64,000 nt of DNA from Diplonema japonicum (Eukaryota > Protista > Euglenozoa: Diplonemea), in the NCBI GenBank assembly GCA_964019335.1, contig OZ025753.1, positions 186,001 through 250,000 of the forward strand, read 5' to 3'. The notes under the pieces were generated by a model that made no database searches, was not told where the DNA came from, and worked only from the letters and a program-made list of their open reading frames with translations. A program made the translations under genes and the position numbers. Below, piece after piece: positions 63,816 to 64,000 of this stretch; position 1 is the stretch's first letter, and each line of letters opens with the position of its first letter.

Positions 63816-64000
63816 CGCCAGCCGAGGTTCCGTACTTTTGCTGAAAGAAGAAGGAAATAGAGGGTTTACCGCTTTTTTTTTAATCCCCCCCGTCACCCCC
63901 ACGATATCAGAGTGAGCTCCTTTCCCCCCCAAGATTGTATTTCATTTAGTTGGGTTTTCTTTTTAAAAAATAGTCTGAATTTGCTTTTTCATCCTAACCA

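Noticed and set aside
1-64000. tRNA, rRNA or spliced-leader RNA genes
   Set aside because: No recognisable cloverleaf, rRNA or SL motif was seen; a covariance search would be needed to exclude them.

Overview
This is eukaryotic protist nuclear DNA. All recognisable cellular genes lie on the + strand, separated by long poly(T)/poly(A) spacers, and only a few very short introns are visible. That layout, plus receptor-type adenylate cyclases, suggests a euglenozoan, probably a diplonemid (inference). Cellular genes: a DUF3431 protein, a bile acid:Na+ symporter family transporter, an ADP-ribosyltransferase (ART) fused to an ankyrin array, three multi-TM adenylate cyclases, a gamma-glutamylcyclotransferase, a Cys-rich type I membrane protein, a prolyl-4-hydroxylase-like oxygenase, a glutathione peroxidase with in-frame TGA at its catalytic site (missed by the ORF track), a very divergent actin-fold protein with an internal F-box-like motif, a ubiquitin-like/IQ protein, a 1754-aa unknown protein with a truncated chimeric copy, a kinase, and a SHOCT + 3xNYN-like + SLBP-like protein. 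About a third of the window is mobile DNA. There are at least three LINE families (one with a pseudo-OTU ORF1 and a 2A-like peptide), a SINE-like repeat sharing the LINE 3' tail, and several nested or tandem TIR transposons/MITEs, some with Sola2-like transposase relics. Best leads: the selenoprotein GPx, the ART with a shuffled ankyrin array, the OTU/2A LINE, the NYN/SLBP-like fusion, the actin/F-box protein, poly(A)-AG micro-introns, and T-tailed LINEs. All domain calls come from reading motifs by eye; no searches were run.
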